Positions 39,963 through 50,505 of a DNA stretch of 64,000 bases are shown here, one piece after another. The position numbers and the translations under genes are program-made. Source of the stretch: an uncultured Pelagibacteraceae bacterium (GTDB lineage Bacteria > Pseudomonadota > Alphaproteobacteria > Pelagibacterales > Pelagibacteraceae); contig CACGMC010000003.1 in assembly GCA_902574035.1 (NCBI GenBank), positions 42,154-106,153 on the forward strand. Reading direction: 5' to 3'. The notes under the pieces are model-generated. The model saw only the letters and a program-made list of their open reading frames with translations, ran no database searches and was not told where the DNA came from. Positions within the stretch are counted from its first letter, which is position 1; each line of letters opens with the position of its first letter.

Positions 39963-41090
39963 AACTTTATACATATTAAGTTTTTGAATTAATTTGCCAT
40001 CAACGAAATTAAAAGTTCCAATTTTTCCTTTTATATTATCTTTTATGATAAAATCTTTTATAGAGGTGACATTACGATTTTTTTTATTCCACACATAATA
40101 TATTAAACCTAAAGCATCATAGGTTAAAATAGTTATCTCTGTTGGCTCTAAACCATAAACATTTGAGTATTTATTTTTATATTTTTTAAAGTTTTTAAAA
40201 TCGACAGATGGATAATATAAATTTTTTATAGAATTCTCTAAAAAAATACTCTTATCAAACCACTGATTGACAGTTACGATTAAGACTTCATTTTGATCAA
40301 CATCTGAGTAGACTAATGACGTTAATACACTTTTAAGACTATCTCCAAAATCTATAATTATTACAGAGTCGAAATTTACCTTTCCAATAGTATATTTTTG
40401 TTCTAACTCTTTTAATTCTAATTTAGAGGCCTCGTCATCTTTTTCCTCTAATACTTTTACTCTAGAAACTAAATTTCTTTTTCGCTGTTTATAATTTGTA
40501 AGTTTTTCAATGTCTCCAGTAAGAATTTTTGGATCAGCACTATATTTAAATATTTTTTTATTTAATATGTTAATACTGTTAATCTTAGAGTCTATAAGAG
40601 TAGTATACTTATTTTTTGGATACATAATAATTGTTTTTTTTCTTTTATTTTTTTTTATAAATTCTTCAATTGATTTGATTTGAGACTCTAAACTTACACC
40701 TACACTCAAAATGTTACTTTGAATTTTTGGATTTATATTTGAGGGCGAAATAAAAATCATATCCTTAAAAGTTGATAAACTTTTGAAGTCTTGATGACTA
40801 ATTGGACCTATTACAATTTTAATATTTTCTTCTCTTAAAGATTCAACTGATTGAATTAATTTTTTGGGATCGTTAAATCCCGAGTCTCTTGGAAAAATTT
40901 TTATGTTGTCATCATTGATTTCATTTAAAGCCAATTGAAGAGATAACATAATCGATTGACCCATATCTTTATATTCTCCGCTAAAAGGAGCTAAAAGACC
41001 TACCTTTAGAGACTTTTTGTTTTCGTCTGCAAATAAGTTAAAATTATTAAATAATAATATATAAGTTATAATAACTATTTTTTTAAGCAT
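39936..41090 (-). CDS. LpoA/LppC-like periplasmic binding-fold protein (putative penicillin-binding-protein activator)
   Basis: 384 aa with a signal peptide and a type-1 periplasmic-binding-protein pattern (KVGLLAPFSGEY...). Divergent from rsmI, as lpoA (yraM) is in E. coli. Confidence 0.6.
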   Translation of the reverse strand: MLKKIVIITYILLFNNFNLFADENKKSLKVGLLAPFSGEYKDMGQSIMLSLQLALNEINDDNIKIFPRDSGFNDPKKLIQSVESLREENIKIVIGPISHQDFKSLSTFKDMIFISPSNINPKIQSNILSVGVSLESQIKSIEEFIKKNKRKKTIIMYPKNKYTTLIDSKINSINILNKKIFKYSADPKILTGDIEKLTNYKQRKRNLVSRVKVLEEKDDEASKLELKELEQKYTIGKVNFDSVIIIDFGDSLKSVLTSLVYSDVDQNEVLIVTVNQWFDKSIFLENSIKNLYYPSVDFKNFKKYKNKYSNVYGLEPTEITILTYDALGLIYYVWNKKNRNVTSIKDFIIKDNIKGKIGTFNFVDGKLIQKLNMYKVSDKKFIKF

Positions 41091-41096
41091 ATTTTT

Positions 41097-41927
41097 ATGA
41101 GCGATCTTGAAAAGGGTTTATACATTGTTTCAACACCAATTGGAAATCTAGAAGATATTACGTTTCGAGCTGTTAAGACTTTAAGAAATTCTGACTTTAT
41201 TCTTTGTGAAGACACGAGACATTCTTCGAAATTATTAAATAACCTTAGCATAAAAAAAAAAATGATTCCTTATCATAAATTTAATGAAAAAAAATCTGTA
41301 TCAAAAATTATACAACATTTAAATGAGGGCAAAATTTTGTCTATGATTTCAGATGCTGGTACACCAGCTTTATCAGACCCAGGAAATGTAGTTATTAATG
41401 AATGTATTAAAAACAACATAAAAATTTTTACCGTTCCCGGGCCATCTGCAATATCTGCAGCTGTTAGTCTCTCTGGTTTTGGAGATAAATTTTTATTTTA
41501 TGGCTTTCTCCCCAAAACTGAAAATGAACTTAATATTTCTTTAAAAAAATTGGATATCGAAGGTTTTTCTCTAGTATTTTTTATTCCAGCAATAAAGATG
41601 AACTTTTATATAAAACATTTTAAAAAACATTTTTCCGGTAGAAATATTTTTATTGCAAAAGAGATGACAAAAAAACACGAGTCTTATATCAGAAAGTCTA
41701 TAAATAATTTAGGTACTTTTGAAACACAATTTAAAGGAGAACTAACAATTATTATTTCGCAAAAAAATAAAAAGGAATTATTAACAACTGACTTTGTAAA
41801 ATTAGAAAAACAAGTGATAAAGTATTTAAAAAGATATAGTGTAAAAGATACAGTAGAATTGATGTCTATAAAAGAAAAAGCGCCTAAAAAAACTATTTAT
41901 AGTCTTTGTATAAAAAATAAAAAATGA
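41097..41927 (+). CDS. rsmI: 16S rRNA (cytidine1402-2'-O)-methyltransferase RsmI
   Basis: 276 aa starting LYIVSTPIGNLEDIT, with CEDTR and SDAGTPALSDPG motifs. Confidence 0.93.
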   Translation: MSDLEKGLYIVSTPIGNLEDITFRAVKTLRNSDFILCEDTRHSSKLLNNLSIKKKMIPYHKFNEKKSVSKIIQHLNEGKILSMISDAGTPALSDPGNVVINECIKNNIKIFTVPGPSAISAAVSLSGFGDKFLFYGFLPKTENELNISLKKLDIEGFSLVFFIPAIKMNFYIKHFKKHFSGRNIFIAKEMTKKHESYIRKSINNLGTFETQFKGELTIIISQKNKKELLTTDFVKLEKQVIKYLKRYSVKDTVELMSIKEKAPKKTIYSLCIKNKK

Positions 41928-42505
41928 GAATTTACTTATCGATAATTCTAATTATAATTTTCTTATCTAGCTGTTCCCCAGTTAGTCGTTTTGGAGCAGG
42001 AGTAGATATAACTTTCGATCCAAGAACAATAGGTATGCAAATTGACGATACAATTATGCAAAAAAACCTAGTCGCAAGATTATCCCTAAAAGAAAAAAAA
42101 TATTTCTTAAATGTTCAAGTAGAGGTTTTAGACGGTAGAATTTTTTTGTCAGGAAAAGTTGATGAACCTGAAGAAAAAATTAAAATTACAAAACTAGCCT
42201 GGGAAACAAAAGGTGTTAGAGAAGTTAAAAATGCTATAACAATCAAAGGAAATTCAAATTTTAAACAAACAGCAAAAGATATTCTCATAACTAGTCAATT
42301 GAGAACTGCATTAATACTAAATAAAAATACTAAGTCTAGAAACTATACACTTGAGACAATTAAAAAAAGGATTTATATATTTGGCATAGCAATGAACGAG
42401 GATGAAAAAAAAGAGGTTCTTTCAGAAGCAGAAAAAATTTATGACGTTGAGAAAGTTATTCCATCGATATATTTAGCTACTGAGCTTAGTAGAAATAAAC
42501 TCTAG
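41924..42505 (+). CDS. BON-domain lipoprotein (DolP/YraP-like)
   Basis: 193 aa with lipobox FLSSCS and two BON-like repeats (...GRIFLSGKV..., ...KRIYIFGIA...). Belongs to the yraL-M-N-P type neighbourhood. Confidence 0.75.
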   Translation: MRIYLSIILIIIFLSSCSPVSRFGAGVDITFDPRTIGMQIDDTIMQKNLVARLSLKEKKYFLNVQVEVLDGRIFLSGKVDEPEEKIKITKLAWETKGVREVKNAITIKGNSNFKQTAKDILITSQLRTALILNKNTKSRNYTLETIKKRIYIFGIAMNEDEKKEVLSEAEKIYDVEKVIPSIYLATELSRNKL

Positions 42506-44787
42506 TTCTTTTTGTAATCTATGACTTCAGCAGAGTAAGCAGCAATTGATGCAAGGTTTAAAATATCAGAAGTTGTTGATCTTAAGGGGGCTACTTCAAT
42601 TGGTAAATCCAGTCCAATTAACAATGGTCCGATTAATTTAGCTCCTCCGAAAGATTTCATTAATTTGGTTGATATAGCAGCACTATGTAGTGCAGGCATA
42701 ATTAGAATATTTGCTTTTCCTACAATTTTTGAAAAAGGATAGACTTCTTGATAAATTGGATTTAAAGCCACATCTGGTTGCATCTCACCATCAAAATCGA
42801 AATCAACTTTTTGCTTTTTAAGTAATTCTATAGCATCTCTTACATGCTTAGTATTTCTAGAAATTGGTTTACCAAAAGTAGAGTGTGATAAAAAAGCAAC
42901 CTTAGGCTCAAAACCAAATAGTTTTGAAACTCTTACACATGATTTCGAAATTTCAACTAATCTTTCAGCAGAAGGAAAATCTTCCACATTCGTATCTGCA
43001 ACTAGAACAGTTCTTCCTTTAAAAACCATCATCGTCATACCAAAAATTGGCTCACCTTTTCGGGCATCACATACATGTTTTAATTTTTCAATTGAAGCAG
43101 CATAATGTCTAATATTTCCAGTAACCATAGCATCAGCGTCCTTACATGCCACCATGGAAGAACCGAAGGCTATTCTGTCATTTCGAACGAGTCGATCCAC
43201 ATCTCTTTCAAGTTGACCTGTTCTTTGAAGTTTTTTGTATAAATATTTAGCGTATTTCTCTCTTTTATCTTTGTCTGTTGAATTTACTATTTCAATTTTA
43301 AAATTCTCATCTAAACCAATTTTTTTTAACGTTTCTTTCACCCTTTTTTCATTACCAATAACAACGGGAGTTCCCAATTTATTTTTTCCAAATTCAATAG
43401 CAGCTTTAAGCATGTTATCGTCCTCACCTTCTGCAAAGACTACTCTCTTTGGACTTTTTTTCACATTTGCATTAACACCTTGCATTAATGACATAGATGG
43501 GTCTAATCTTGCAGAAAGTTGATCTTTATAATCCTCTATATTTTGAATATTTTTTCTTGCAACACCACTTTTCATTGCAGCTTCAGCTACAGCTGAAGGT
43601 ATTCTTCTAACCAGTCTTGGATCAAATGTTGAAGGTATAATATATTCTTTTCCATACTTCGGCCTTTCACCTCCATATGCAGAAACAACTTCGTCAGGTA
43701 CATCTTCTCTCGCTAATAACGCTATTGCATTTGCTGCAGCAACTTTCATTTCATCATTAATTATTTTTGCTCTTACATCTAGCGCTCCCCTAAAAATGTA
43801 AGGAAAACCGATAAGGTTGTTGACTTGGTTTGGATAGTCCGATCTTCCAGTTGCAATTATTACATCATCACGCACTTCATTTATTATTTCTGGTTTAATT
43901 TCAGGATCTGGATTCGCACACGCAAACACTATAGGATTTTTAGCCATCGATTTAATCATGTCACGATTAACAACGTCTTTTGCAGATAGACCAAGAAATA
44001 CGTCAGCTCCTTTCATAGCTTGTTCTAATGTTCTTAGTTTTGTCTCAACCGCATGAGCAGATTTAAATTGATCTACTTGGCCTCTTCCTTTGTAAATAAC
44101 TCCTTTCCTATCACACATAATTACATTTTTATTTTTTACCCCAATTTTTTTAAACAAGTTTGTACACGCTATTGCTGAAGCCCCTGCTCCATTCACAACT
44201 ATTTTGACCTCATCAATTTTTTTTTTTGAAATATCTAAAGCATTAATTAAAGCAGCTGTTGTGATAATTGCCGTCCCATGCTGATCATCATGAAAGACAG
44301 GTATATCTAAAATATCTTTTAATTTTTGCTCTATAATAAAACAATCAGGTGCCGCAATATCTTCAAGATTTATTCCACCAAAAGTTCCTGCTATATTTTT
44401 AATTGTAGAAATTATTTCATCTGAATTTTTATTATCTATTTCAATATCAATAGAGTCTATATCTGCAAATCTTTTAAATAAAACTGCTTTTCCTTCCATT
44501 ACAGGCTTTGATGCCAAAGAACCAAGATTTCCTAAGCCAAGAATTGCAGATCCGTTACTTATAACAGCTACTAAATTTCCTTTAGAAGTATAGTCGTAGG
44601 CTTTAGAAGAGTCTTTAGAAATTTCTTTTACTGGCGCAGCCACTCCAGGTGAATAAGCAAGTGACAAATCTCTTTTAGATATAAGAGGTTTAGATGAATT
44701 AACCTCAATTTTGCCAGACTTATTGCCTATATGAAAATCTAAGGCCTCTTTATCTGTATAATGGTCAATTTTTGATTTTTTTGTCAT
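42502..44787 (-). CDS. maeB: NADP-dependent malic enzyme with C-terminal phosphotransacetylase-like domain
   Basis: 761 aa with an N-terminal malic-enzyme domain (LSLAYSPGVA, NGAGASAIA) and a PTA-like C-terminal half. Confidence 0.95.
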   Translation of the reverse strand: MTKKSKIDHYTDKEALDFHIGNKSGKIEVNSSKPLISKRDLSLAYSPGVAAPVKEISKDSSKAYDYTSKGNLVAVISNGSAILGLGNLGSLASKPVMEGKAVLFKRFADIDSIDIEIDNKNSDEIISTIKNIAGTFGGINLEDIAAPDCFIIEQKLKDILDIPVFHDDQHGTAIITTAALINALDISKKKIDEVKIVVNGAGASAIACTNLFKKIGVKNKNVIMCDRKGVIYKGRGQVDQFKSAHAVETKLRTLEQAMKGADVFLGLSAKDVVNRDMIKSMAKNPIVFACANPDPEIKPEIINEVRDDVIIATGRSDYPNQVNNLIGFPYIFRGALDVRAKIINDEMKVAAANAIALLAREDVPDEVVSAYGGERPKYGKEYIIPSTFDPRLVRRIPSAVAEAAMKSGVARKNIQNIEDYKDQLSARLDPSMSLMQGVNANVKKSPKRVVFAEGEDDNMLKAAIEFGKNKLGTPVVIGNEKRVKETLKKIGLDENFKIEIVNSTDKDKREKYAKYLYKKLQRTGQLERDVDRLVRNDRIAFGSSMVACKDADAMVTGNIRHYAASIEKLKHVCDARKGEPIFGMTMMVFKGRTVLVADTNVEDFPSAERLVEISKSCVRVSKLFGFEPKVAFLSHSTFGKPISRNTKHVRDAIELLKKQKVDFDFDGEMQPDVALNPIYQEVYPFSKIVGKANILIMPALHSAAISTKLMKSFGGAKLIGPLLIGLDLPIEVAPLRSTTSDILNLASIAAYSAEVIDYKKN

Positions 44788-44844
44788 TGGATTTTGAGTA
44801 TGTAATATATAAGTGAATATATCACTAAAAAATTTGTCTTAATT

Positions 44845-46371
44845 ATGAATTTATTATCATCAACTACAGTATTTAGTTTTTATACCATGTTAAGCCGTGT
44901 TCTAGGTTATTTTAGAGATATTTTAATTGCAATCTTTTTGGGAACTTCTATATACGCTGATGCCTTTTTTGTAGCGTTCAGACTACCCAATACTTTCAGA
45001 AGACTTTTTGCTGAAGGTACATTTAATGCGGCGTTCATTCCAAGTTATACTTCTGAAAAATTAAAAAGCAAAGATGGAGGTAAAAAATTTGCGGATGAGG
45101 TTTTAACCTTGTTAATTTTCGGTCTTTTAGCAATAGTTTTAATAGTTGAAATTCTCACTCCTTACGTGGTTTATTTAATTGCTCCTGGTTTTATAGAAGA
45201 TGACACCAAATTTAACGTAGCTGTCCATTTAACTAGAATTACTTTCCCCTTTTTAGCATTTGTAAGTTTATCTTCTTTTTTTGCTGGTATTTTAAACTCT
45301 GAAAATAAGTTTGCCGCTGCCGCTGCCGCTCCAATATTCTTAAATTTAATTTTAATATTATCTTTAGTTATTTCATATTTTTTTAAACTTGATTACGCAC
45401 TTCATTTATCTTATGGAGTCTCACTTTCAGGTTTAATACAATTAATCTTTTTAATTTTCTTTGCCTCTAAATTTTATAAACCTTCATTGGTATTTAAAAA
45501 TAAAATTACACAAAAAGTAAAATTTTTCTTAAAAAAACTTTTGCCCAGCATATTTTCATCTGGAGTAACGCAAATAAGCATCTTAGTTGGTACAATAATA
45601 GCATCATTCCAATCTGGAGCAGTTTCTTATCTTTATTATGCAGATAGAGTTTATCAAATTAATCTTGCAATTGCAGGTATTGCGGTAAGCACAGTTTCTT
45701 TACCAATATTAAGCAAATTAATTAAAAATAAAAAAAATAATCAGGCTAATAATATTCAAAACAAATCTTTAGAATTATCATTATTACTGTCACTTCCGGC
45801 TAGTCTAGCTCTGATTGTTGGCTCTGAGCAAATAGTCAATGCTTTATTTGGTTATGGATCTTTTACAGAAAACGATATTGAACAAACATCACTTGCATTA
45901 ATGTATTTTGGTTATGGTATACCAGCTTTTGCTGTTTTAAAAATATTTGCAAATTTCTTTTTTGCAAGGAATAATACTATGACTCCATTTAAAATTTCAT
46001 TTACAGTTGTTATTATCAATGTTGCTATTAGTGTTTTATTTTTTAAAGACTTTGGTTTTGTTATAATTCCGATTGCAACAACCTTATCTGCTTGGTTTGG
46101 AGTAGTAAGTTATGTATATCTGCTTTTAAATAAAGGTTATTTGAAAATCGAGCCTAATTTTTATAACAAGTTACTTAAAATAGTATTTTCTACTTCCATA
46201 ATGACTTATGTTTTTCACAATAGCTTAAATTATTTTGCTAAAAACTTGACTTATTCAAGTGATTATAAAATTTTATACTTATTATTTATAGTAATCTTGA
46301 TAGCTTTATTGTATTTTTTAATTTGTTATTTTTTAAAAGTACTTAATTTAAGAAATTTTAAAACAAATTAA
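44845..46371 (+). CDS. murJ: Lipid II flippase MurJ (MviN)
   Basis: 508 aa polytopic protein with N-terminal FRDILIA...[29 protein letters not shown]. Confidence 0.95.
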   Translation: MNLLSSTTVFSFYTMLSRVLGYFRDILIAIFLGTSIYADAFFVAFRLPNTFRRLFAEGTFNAAFIPSYTSEKLKSKDGGKKFADEVLTLLIFGLLAIVLIVEILTPYVVYLIAPGFIEDDTKFNVAVHLTRITFPFLAFVSLSSFFAGILNSENKFAAAAAAPIFLNLILILSLVISYFFKLDYALHLSYGVSLSGLIQLIFLIFFASKFYKPSLVFKNKITQKVKFFLKKLLPSIFSSGVTQISILVGTIIASFQSGAVSYLYYADRVYQINLAIAGIAVSTVSLPILSKLIKNKKNNQANNIQNKSLELSLLLSLPASLALIVGSEQIVNALFGYGSFTENDIEQTSLALMYFGYGIPAFAVLKIFANFFFARNNTMTPFKISFTVVIINVAISVLFFKDFGFVIIPIATTLSAWFGVVSYVYLLLNKGYLKIEPNFYNKLLKIVFSTSIMTYVFHNSLNYFAKNLTYSSDYKILYLLFIVILIALLYFLICYFLKVLNLRNFKTN

Positions 46372-46372
46372 T

Positions 46373-47374
46373 ATGAAAAAGGAATTAGTATTTTCAGGAG
46401 TTCAACCAACCGGTAATTTACATCTTGGAAATTATCTAGGAGCACTGAAAAATTTCGTTTCACTTCAAAAGTCAAAAAACTGTTTATATTGTGTAGTAGA
46501 TTTGCATGCTATTACAACTTTTCAAAATCCTAAGGAATTAAACTCTAATATTTTAGAGACAACTGCCGGTTTCTTGGCATCAGGGTTGGACCCAAATAAA
46601 AGTATAATTTTTAATCAATCATCAGTTAGTGGTCACGCAGAACTTGCTTGGATATTAAATTGTGTTTGTAGAATGGGATGGTTAAATCGCATGACACAAT
46701 TTAAAGATAAAGCTGGGAAAGATAAAGAAAAGGCTAGTGTAGGTCTATATATTTATCCAAATTTAATGGCTGCTGATATATTATTGTACAAGGCTACACA
46801 TGTTCCTGTTGGAGCTGATCAGAAGCAGCATTTAGAATTATCTAGAGATATTGCTCAGAAATTCAATAAAGATTTTAATCATAAAGACTTTTTTCCATTA
46901 CCAAAACCTCTTATTCAAAAAAATATTTCTCGTGTTATGAGTTTAAGAGACGGAACAAAAAAAATGAGCAAGTCTGAAGAGTCTGATTATTCCAGAATAA
47001 ATTTAAAAGATAGCTCAGATGAAATAGTGAAAAAAATAAAAAAAGCTAAAACCGATGCTGATCCTATCACTGAAAATATTAAAGATTATGAAAACCGCCC
47101 TGAGGCCTACAATCTTTTGAGTATATATTCAGATTTGTCTGATCAAAAAATTGAAACTACTATTAAAGAATTTTTAGGAAAAGATTTTTCATCTTTAAAA
47201 GCAAAATTGTCAGAAATATTAGTTGAGACAATTAGTCCAATAGGAAAAGATATTGATAAATTAATGAAAGACAAAAAACACTTAGAGGATGTATTAAAAA
47301 AAGGTAAACAAAAAGCCAGTATTATTGCTGAGGAAAACTTAAAAAAGATACGTGAAATAGTAGGATTTGTGTAA
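46373..47374 (+). CDS. trpS: Tryptophanyl-tRNA synthetase
   Basis: 333 aa with [14 protein letters not shown] (HIGH-like) and KMSKS motifs. Confidence 0.96.
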   Translation: MKKELVFSGVQPTGNLHLGNYLGALKNFVSLQKSKNCLYCVVDLHAITTFQNPKELNSNILETTAGFLASGLDPNKSIIFNQSSVSGHAELAWILNCVCRMGWLNRMTQFKDKAGKDKEKASVGLYIYPNLMAADILLYKATHVPVGADQKQHLELSRDIAQKFNKDFNHKDFFPLPKPLIQKNISRVMSLRDGTKKMSKSEESDYSRINLKDSSDEIVKKIKKAKTDADPITENIKDYENRPEAYNLLSIYSDLSDQKIETTIKEFLGKDFSSLKAKLSEILVETISPIGKDIDKLMKDKKHLEDVLKKGKQKASIIAEENLKKIREIVGFV

Positions 47375-47389
47375 TATAAATATCCTATT

Positions 47390-47932
47390 ATGATACAAGT
47401 AGAACAAACACCAAATCCAAATTCGTTAAAATTTTTATCACAAAAAATTTTATCTAAAGTTGGAACAGAGGAGTTTAAAAAATCAAATTTAAATAACATA
47501 AAAATTCCTTTTGTAAAAGAGTTATTAAATTTTTCAGGAGTAGAACTTGTTTTAATTTCAGACAATTTTCTTACAGTAAAAAAAGAACAAAATGCATCTT
47601 GGGATAGTTTAAAACCAATGATCATTTCACAATTAAATGATTATTTTGAAAAATCTGAAGATCCAATTTTAACCGATAATAAAACAGAAAAAAAATCTGA
47701 TGATAATGAGACTATATCTAAAATTAAGGATGTTTTAGACACAAAGATAAGACCAGCGGTTGCAAGAGATGGAGGAGATATAAAATTTAAATCTTTTGAA
47801 AATGGTGTTGTTAAAGTGGAATTACAAGGCGCATGCTCTGGATGTCCTAGTTCTATTATGACTTTAAAGCAAGGTGTTCAAAATTTATTGAAACATTATG
47901 TTAAAGAAGTAAATTCAGTAGAGGCAATCTAA
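47390..47932 (+). CDS. NifU-like Fe-S cluster protein (Nfu_N + NifU C-terminal domain)
   Basis: 180 aa with Nfu N-domain TPNPNSLKF and a C-terminal CSGCPSS motif. Confidence 0.9.
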   Translation: MIQVEQTPNPNSLKFLSQKILSKVGTEEFKKSNLNNIKIPFVKELLNFSGVELVLISDNFLTVKKEQNASWDSLKPMIISQLNDYFEKSEDPILTDNKTEKKSDDNETISKIKDVLDTKIRPAVARDGGDIKFKSFENGVVKVELQGACSGCPSSIMTLKQGVQNLLKHYVKEVNSVEAI

Positions 47933-49459
47933 ATGAAAAAAAATATAAGTTATAGGGATAAGTTATTAGAATTAAGTAAGATATATAAAATTACAGAAAT
48001 TCAAAATTATATTAAAAGAAAAAAAAATCTTACCACTCATCAGATCGAGCATATTTTAAAGAAGAATAATGTTCCAATACCAAAAGATTTCAACGTAAGT
48101 TTTTTTAAAAAAACTATTTCAAATCCCATTTCGAAAGCAGGAAGGGGTGTTTCTGGATTATATAGTAATACAACCGATGGTGTTGGGAGATTTTTCAAAA
48201 AAACGAGAAGAGGAGCCACGGGCTTATACGATGATACTACTGGTGGCGTAGGAAATTTCTTTGTAAGGTTATGGAGAAGTTCAGGAAATTTTGGAATTGG
48301 TATTTTAAATACAATTCCTAAAGTATATAACACAGTTACTACTTTTATTTCAGGTGCATTGGTAGATACGTTTAGCAGTTTCTATACCTCTGAAGTTGAA
48401 AAAACAAAAACAAATAAATTAATTAAAGGATTTGGAATTGTAGTTTTCGTGTGCGCCATAGGTATAATTTTTTTCACATTAAAAGAAAATTTTGACGGAA
48501 ATGATGCCACTCAATTAGTCCAAGTTGAAAAAGATAAACCAAAGAAAATTGAAAAACAAAAAGAAGTTAAAAAACAACAAGAGACACAACCACAAAAGAA
48601 AATTGAAGAAAAAAAGGTCAAAAAACCTGAAATCAAAAAGGAAAAATCACCTAGTCAAGTTACAGAGTTAGTTCTGCCAAATTTAAATATTAAAACAGAA
48701 ACAGTATTAAGTTTGTTTGAGGATGTTGAGTACGATTTAAAAACTGTAAGATATCAAAAAAGAGTAAAACCGATATACTTCACCCAGTTTCCAAAAGATC
48801 TTGATGAAATAAAAGATACAAAACTTAAAAAAGAAACATTTATTAAAATTGTTTTGCCATTAGTAGTTGCTGAAAATGATAAAATTTTAGATGACAAAAT
48901 AAAACTTAAAAGAATTACCTCTAAAAAAATGACCACAGATAAAGAAAAATCTTGGTTAAGATTAAAGCTAAGAGAATATAAAGTAAAAAATTCAGATATT
49001 ACAGAACTAGATAAAAGAATGGATATTATTCCAGTATCTATAGCTTTAGCTCAAGCTGCAAAAGAAAGTGGTTGGGGCACTTCAAGGTTTGCATTAGAAG
49101 GTAATGCTATATTTGGACAATGGACATGGACAGGTCAAGGTATTGAGCCCTTAAATAAAGGTAAGCACGAAAATCACAAGATATTAAGATTTCCGATATT
49201 ACGAGCATCTGTAAAAGCTTATAAAAATAATTTGAATACCCACAAAGGTTACGCAGAATTTAGAGAAAAAAGATATACTTATAGAAAAAGAAATAAAAGT
49301 ATAAAGGGACTTAATTTAACTGATACTCTAGATAGATATGCGCAAACAGGTAAAGAATATACAGATATCCTTGAACAAATTATAAAACAAAATGATTTAT
49401 CAGATTTTGAAGCAGTTCAACTGACTAATTCTGTTGTTAAAAAAAATATACAGCTCTAA
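47933..49459 (+). CDS. Bitopic membrane protein with C-terminal Bax/FlgJ-type N-acetylglucosaminidase domain
   Basis: 508 aa. The N-terminal ~165 aa contain a tandem 19-aa repeat. This is followed by one TM (GFGIVVFVCAIGIIFFTL) and a Lys/Glu-rich linker. The glucosaminidase motif is ALAQAAKESGWGTSRFALEGNAIFGQW. Confidence 0.75.
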   Translation: MKKNISYRDKLLELSKIYKITEIQNYIKRKKNLTTHQIEHILKKNNVPIPKDFNVSFFKKTISNPISKAGRGVSGLYSNTTDGVGRFFKKTRRGATGLYDDTTGGVGNFFVRLWRSSGNFGIGILNTIPKVYNTVTTFISGALVDTFSSFYTSEVEKTKTNKLIKGFGIVVFVCAIGIIFFTLKENFDGNDATQLVQVEKDKPKKIEKQKEVKKQQETQPQKKIEEKKVKKPEIKKEKSPSQVTELVLPNLNIKTETVLSLFEDVEYDLKTVRYQKRVKPIYFTQFPKDLDEIKDTKLKKETFIKIVLPLVVAENDKILDDKIKLKRITSKKMTTDKEKSWLRLKLREYKVKNSDITELDKRMDIIPVSIALAQAAKESGWGTSRFALEGNAIFGQWTWTGQGIEPLNKGKHENHKILRFPILRASVKAYKNNLNTHKGYAEFREKRYTYRKRNKSIKGLNLTDTLDRYAQTGKEYTDILEQIIKQNDLSDFEAVQLTNSVVKKNIQL

Positions 49460-49461
49460 AA

Positions 49462-50505
49462 TTAATTCTCTTTTACAACAAACTGAATTCCAAGCCACCT
49501 ATAAAAATTATTACTCTCCCTTAAAGAGCAATTAATTCTACCACGCTCAGTAACAAATTTTCCTTCTAAAGTTATATTTAAATTAAATTTTCCTTCAAAA
49601 TTAATCTTTGAAGCTCGCCATTTATCTTCCTCATTTGAAAAGCAATTGATATTATTTAAATTTTTTAAATTTTCATAGAACTCAATTCTAACTTCAGGTG
49701 GATTGTTGACATCACTTATGTATCTATTTTCTGGTTGTATTGATTTGAAAGGAAAAGGTAGAGTTTTAAGAATTGTTTTAAATCTCTTTGTTTCTCCATA
49801 CTTCTCATTAATTGGAAATCTAGGCATTTCAAAATAATTTTTAGTTTCGTCAACCACCCCAGAGTGTTGCCCAAAAGCATATTTAAAACCAAGATCAATG
49901 ACTATTTTTTTTAAGTCAGTACTGTATTCACCAAAAGGATAAGAAAAAAAATTTGAGTTTTTTCCGAGCTCTTTTTTAAATATATTTATAGAATTTGTTA
50001 AATCTTTTCTTATCTCTTCATTTGTAAAATCAATTAAATATTCATGAGTATGACTATGATTACCAATTTCTACAAAATCATATTTTTCTATTTCTCTTAT
50101 ATTTTCCCAGCTCATGTATCCACTTTTCCCAACTTCTCTGGTACTAATAAATAGAATAAAAGGGATCTTAAAATCTTTTAAAATTGGCCAAGCCTTTTCA
50201 TAGAAGGACTGATAACCATCATCAATTGTAAGTAATAATTTTCTCTGTTTTTTGTTGTTTACAAGTTCTTCCTCAAAATTTGATGGATTGATAAATTTAA
50301 TATCACTTTCTTTTATCATCTCAAGATGGCTCTTGAAGTCATTTATCCTGATATTTGTTGAGGGGTATTTATTTTCTTCAAATCGATGATACATTATAGC
50401 AATTATGCCATAATCATCTATAACTGCCTCTGATGACTGTAGATTTAAGGCGATAAAGAAATAAGAGAAAACAATGATTAATAATTTTTTAATAATTAGT
50501 TGCAC
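49462..50505 (-). CDS. Polysaccharide deacetylase (NodB homology domain) with uncharacterised C-terminal domain
   Basis: NodB motifs LLTIDDGY and GNHSHTH. Signal peptide KKLLIIVFSYFFIALNLQSSEA. The start is uncertain: GTG at 50505 is chosen, and the ORF-track ATG at 50601 would add 32 residues. Confidence 0.8.
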   Translation of the reverse strand: MQLIIKKLLIIVFSYFFIALNLQSSEAVIDDYGIIAIMYHRFEENKYPSTNIRINDFKSHLEMIKESDIKFINPSNFEEELVNNKKQRKLLLTIDDGYQSFYEKAWPILKDFKIPFILFISTREVGKSGYMSWENIREIEKYDFVEIGNHSHTHEYLIDFTNEEIRKDLTNSINIFKKELGKNSNFFSYPFGEYSTDLKKIVIDLGFKYAFGQHSGVVDETKNYFEMPRFPINEKYGETKRFKTILKTLPFPFKSIQPENRYISDVNNPPEVRIEFYENLKNLNNINCFSNEEDKWRASKINFEGKFNLNITLEGKFVTERGRINCSLRESNNFYRWLGIQFVVKEN

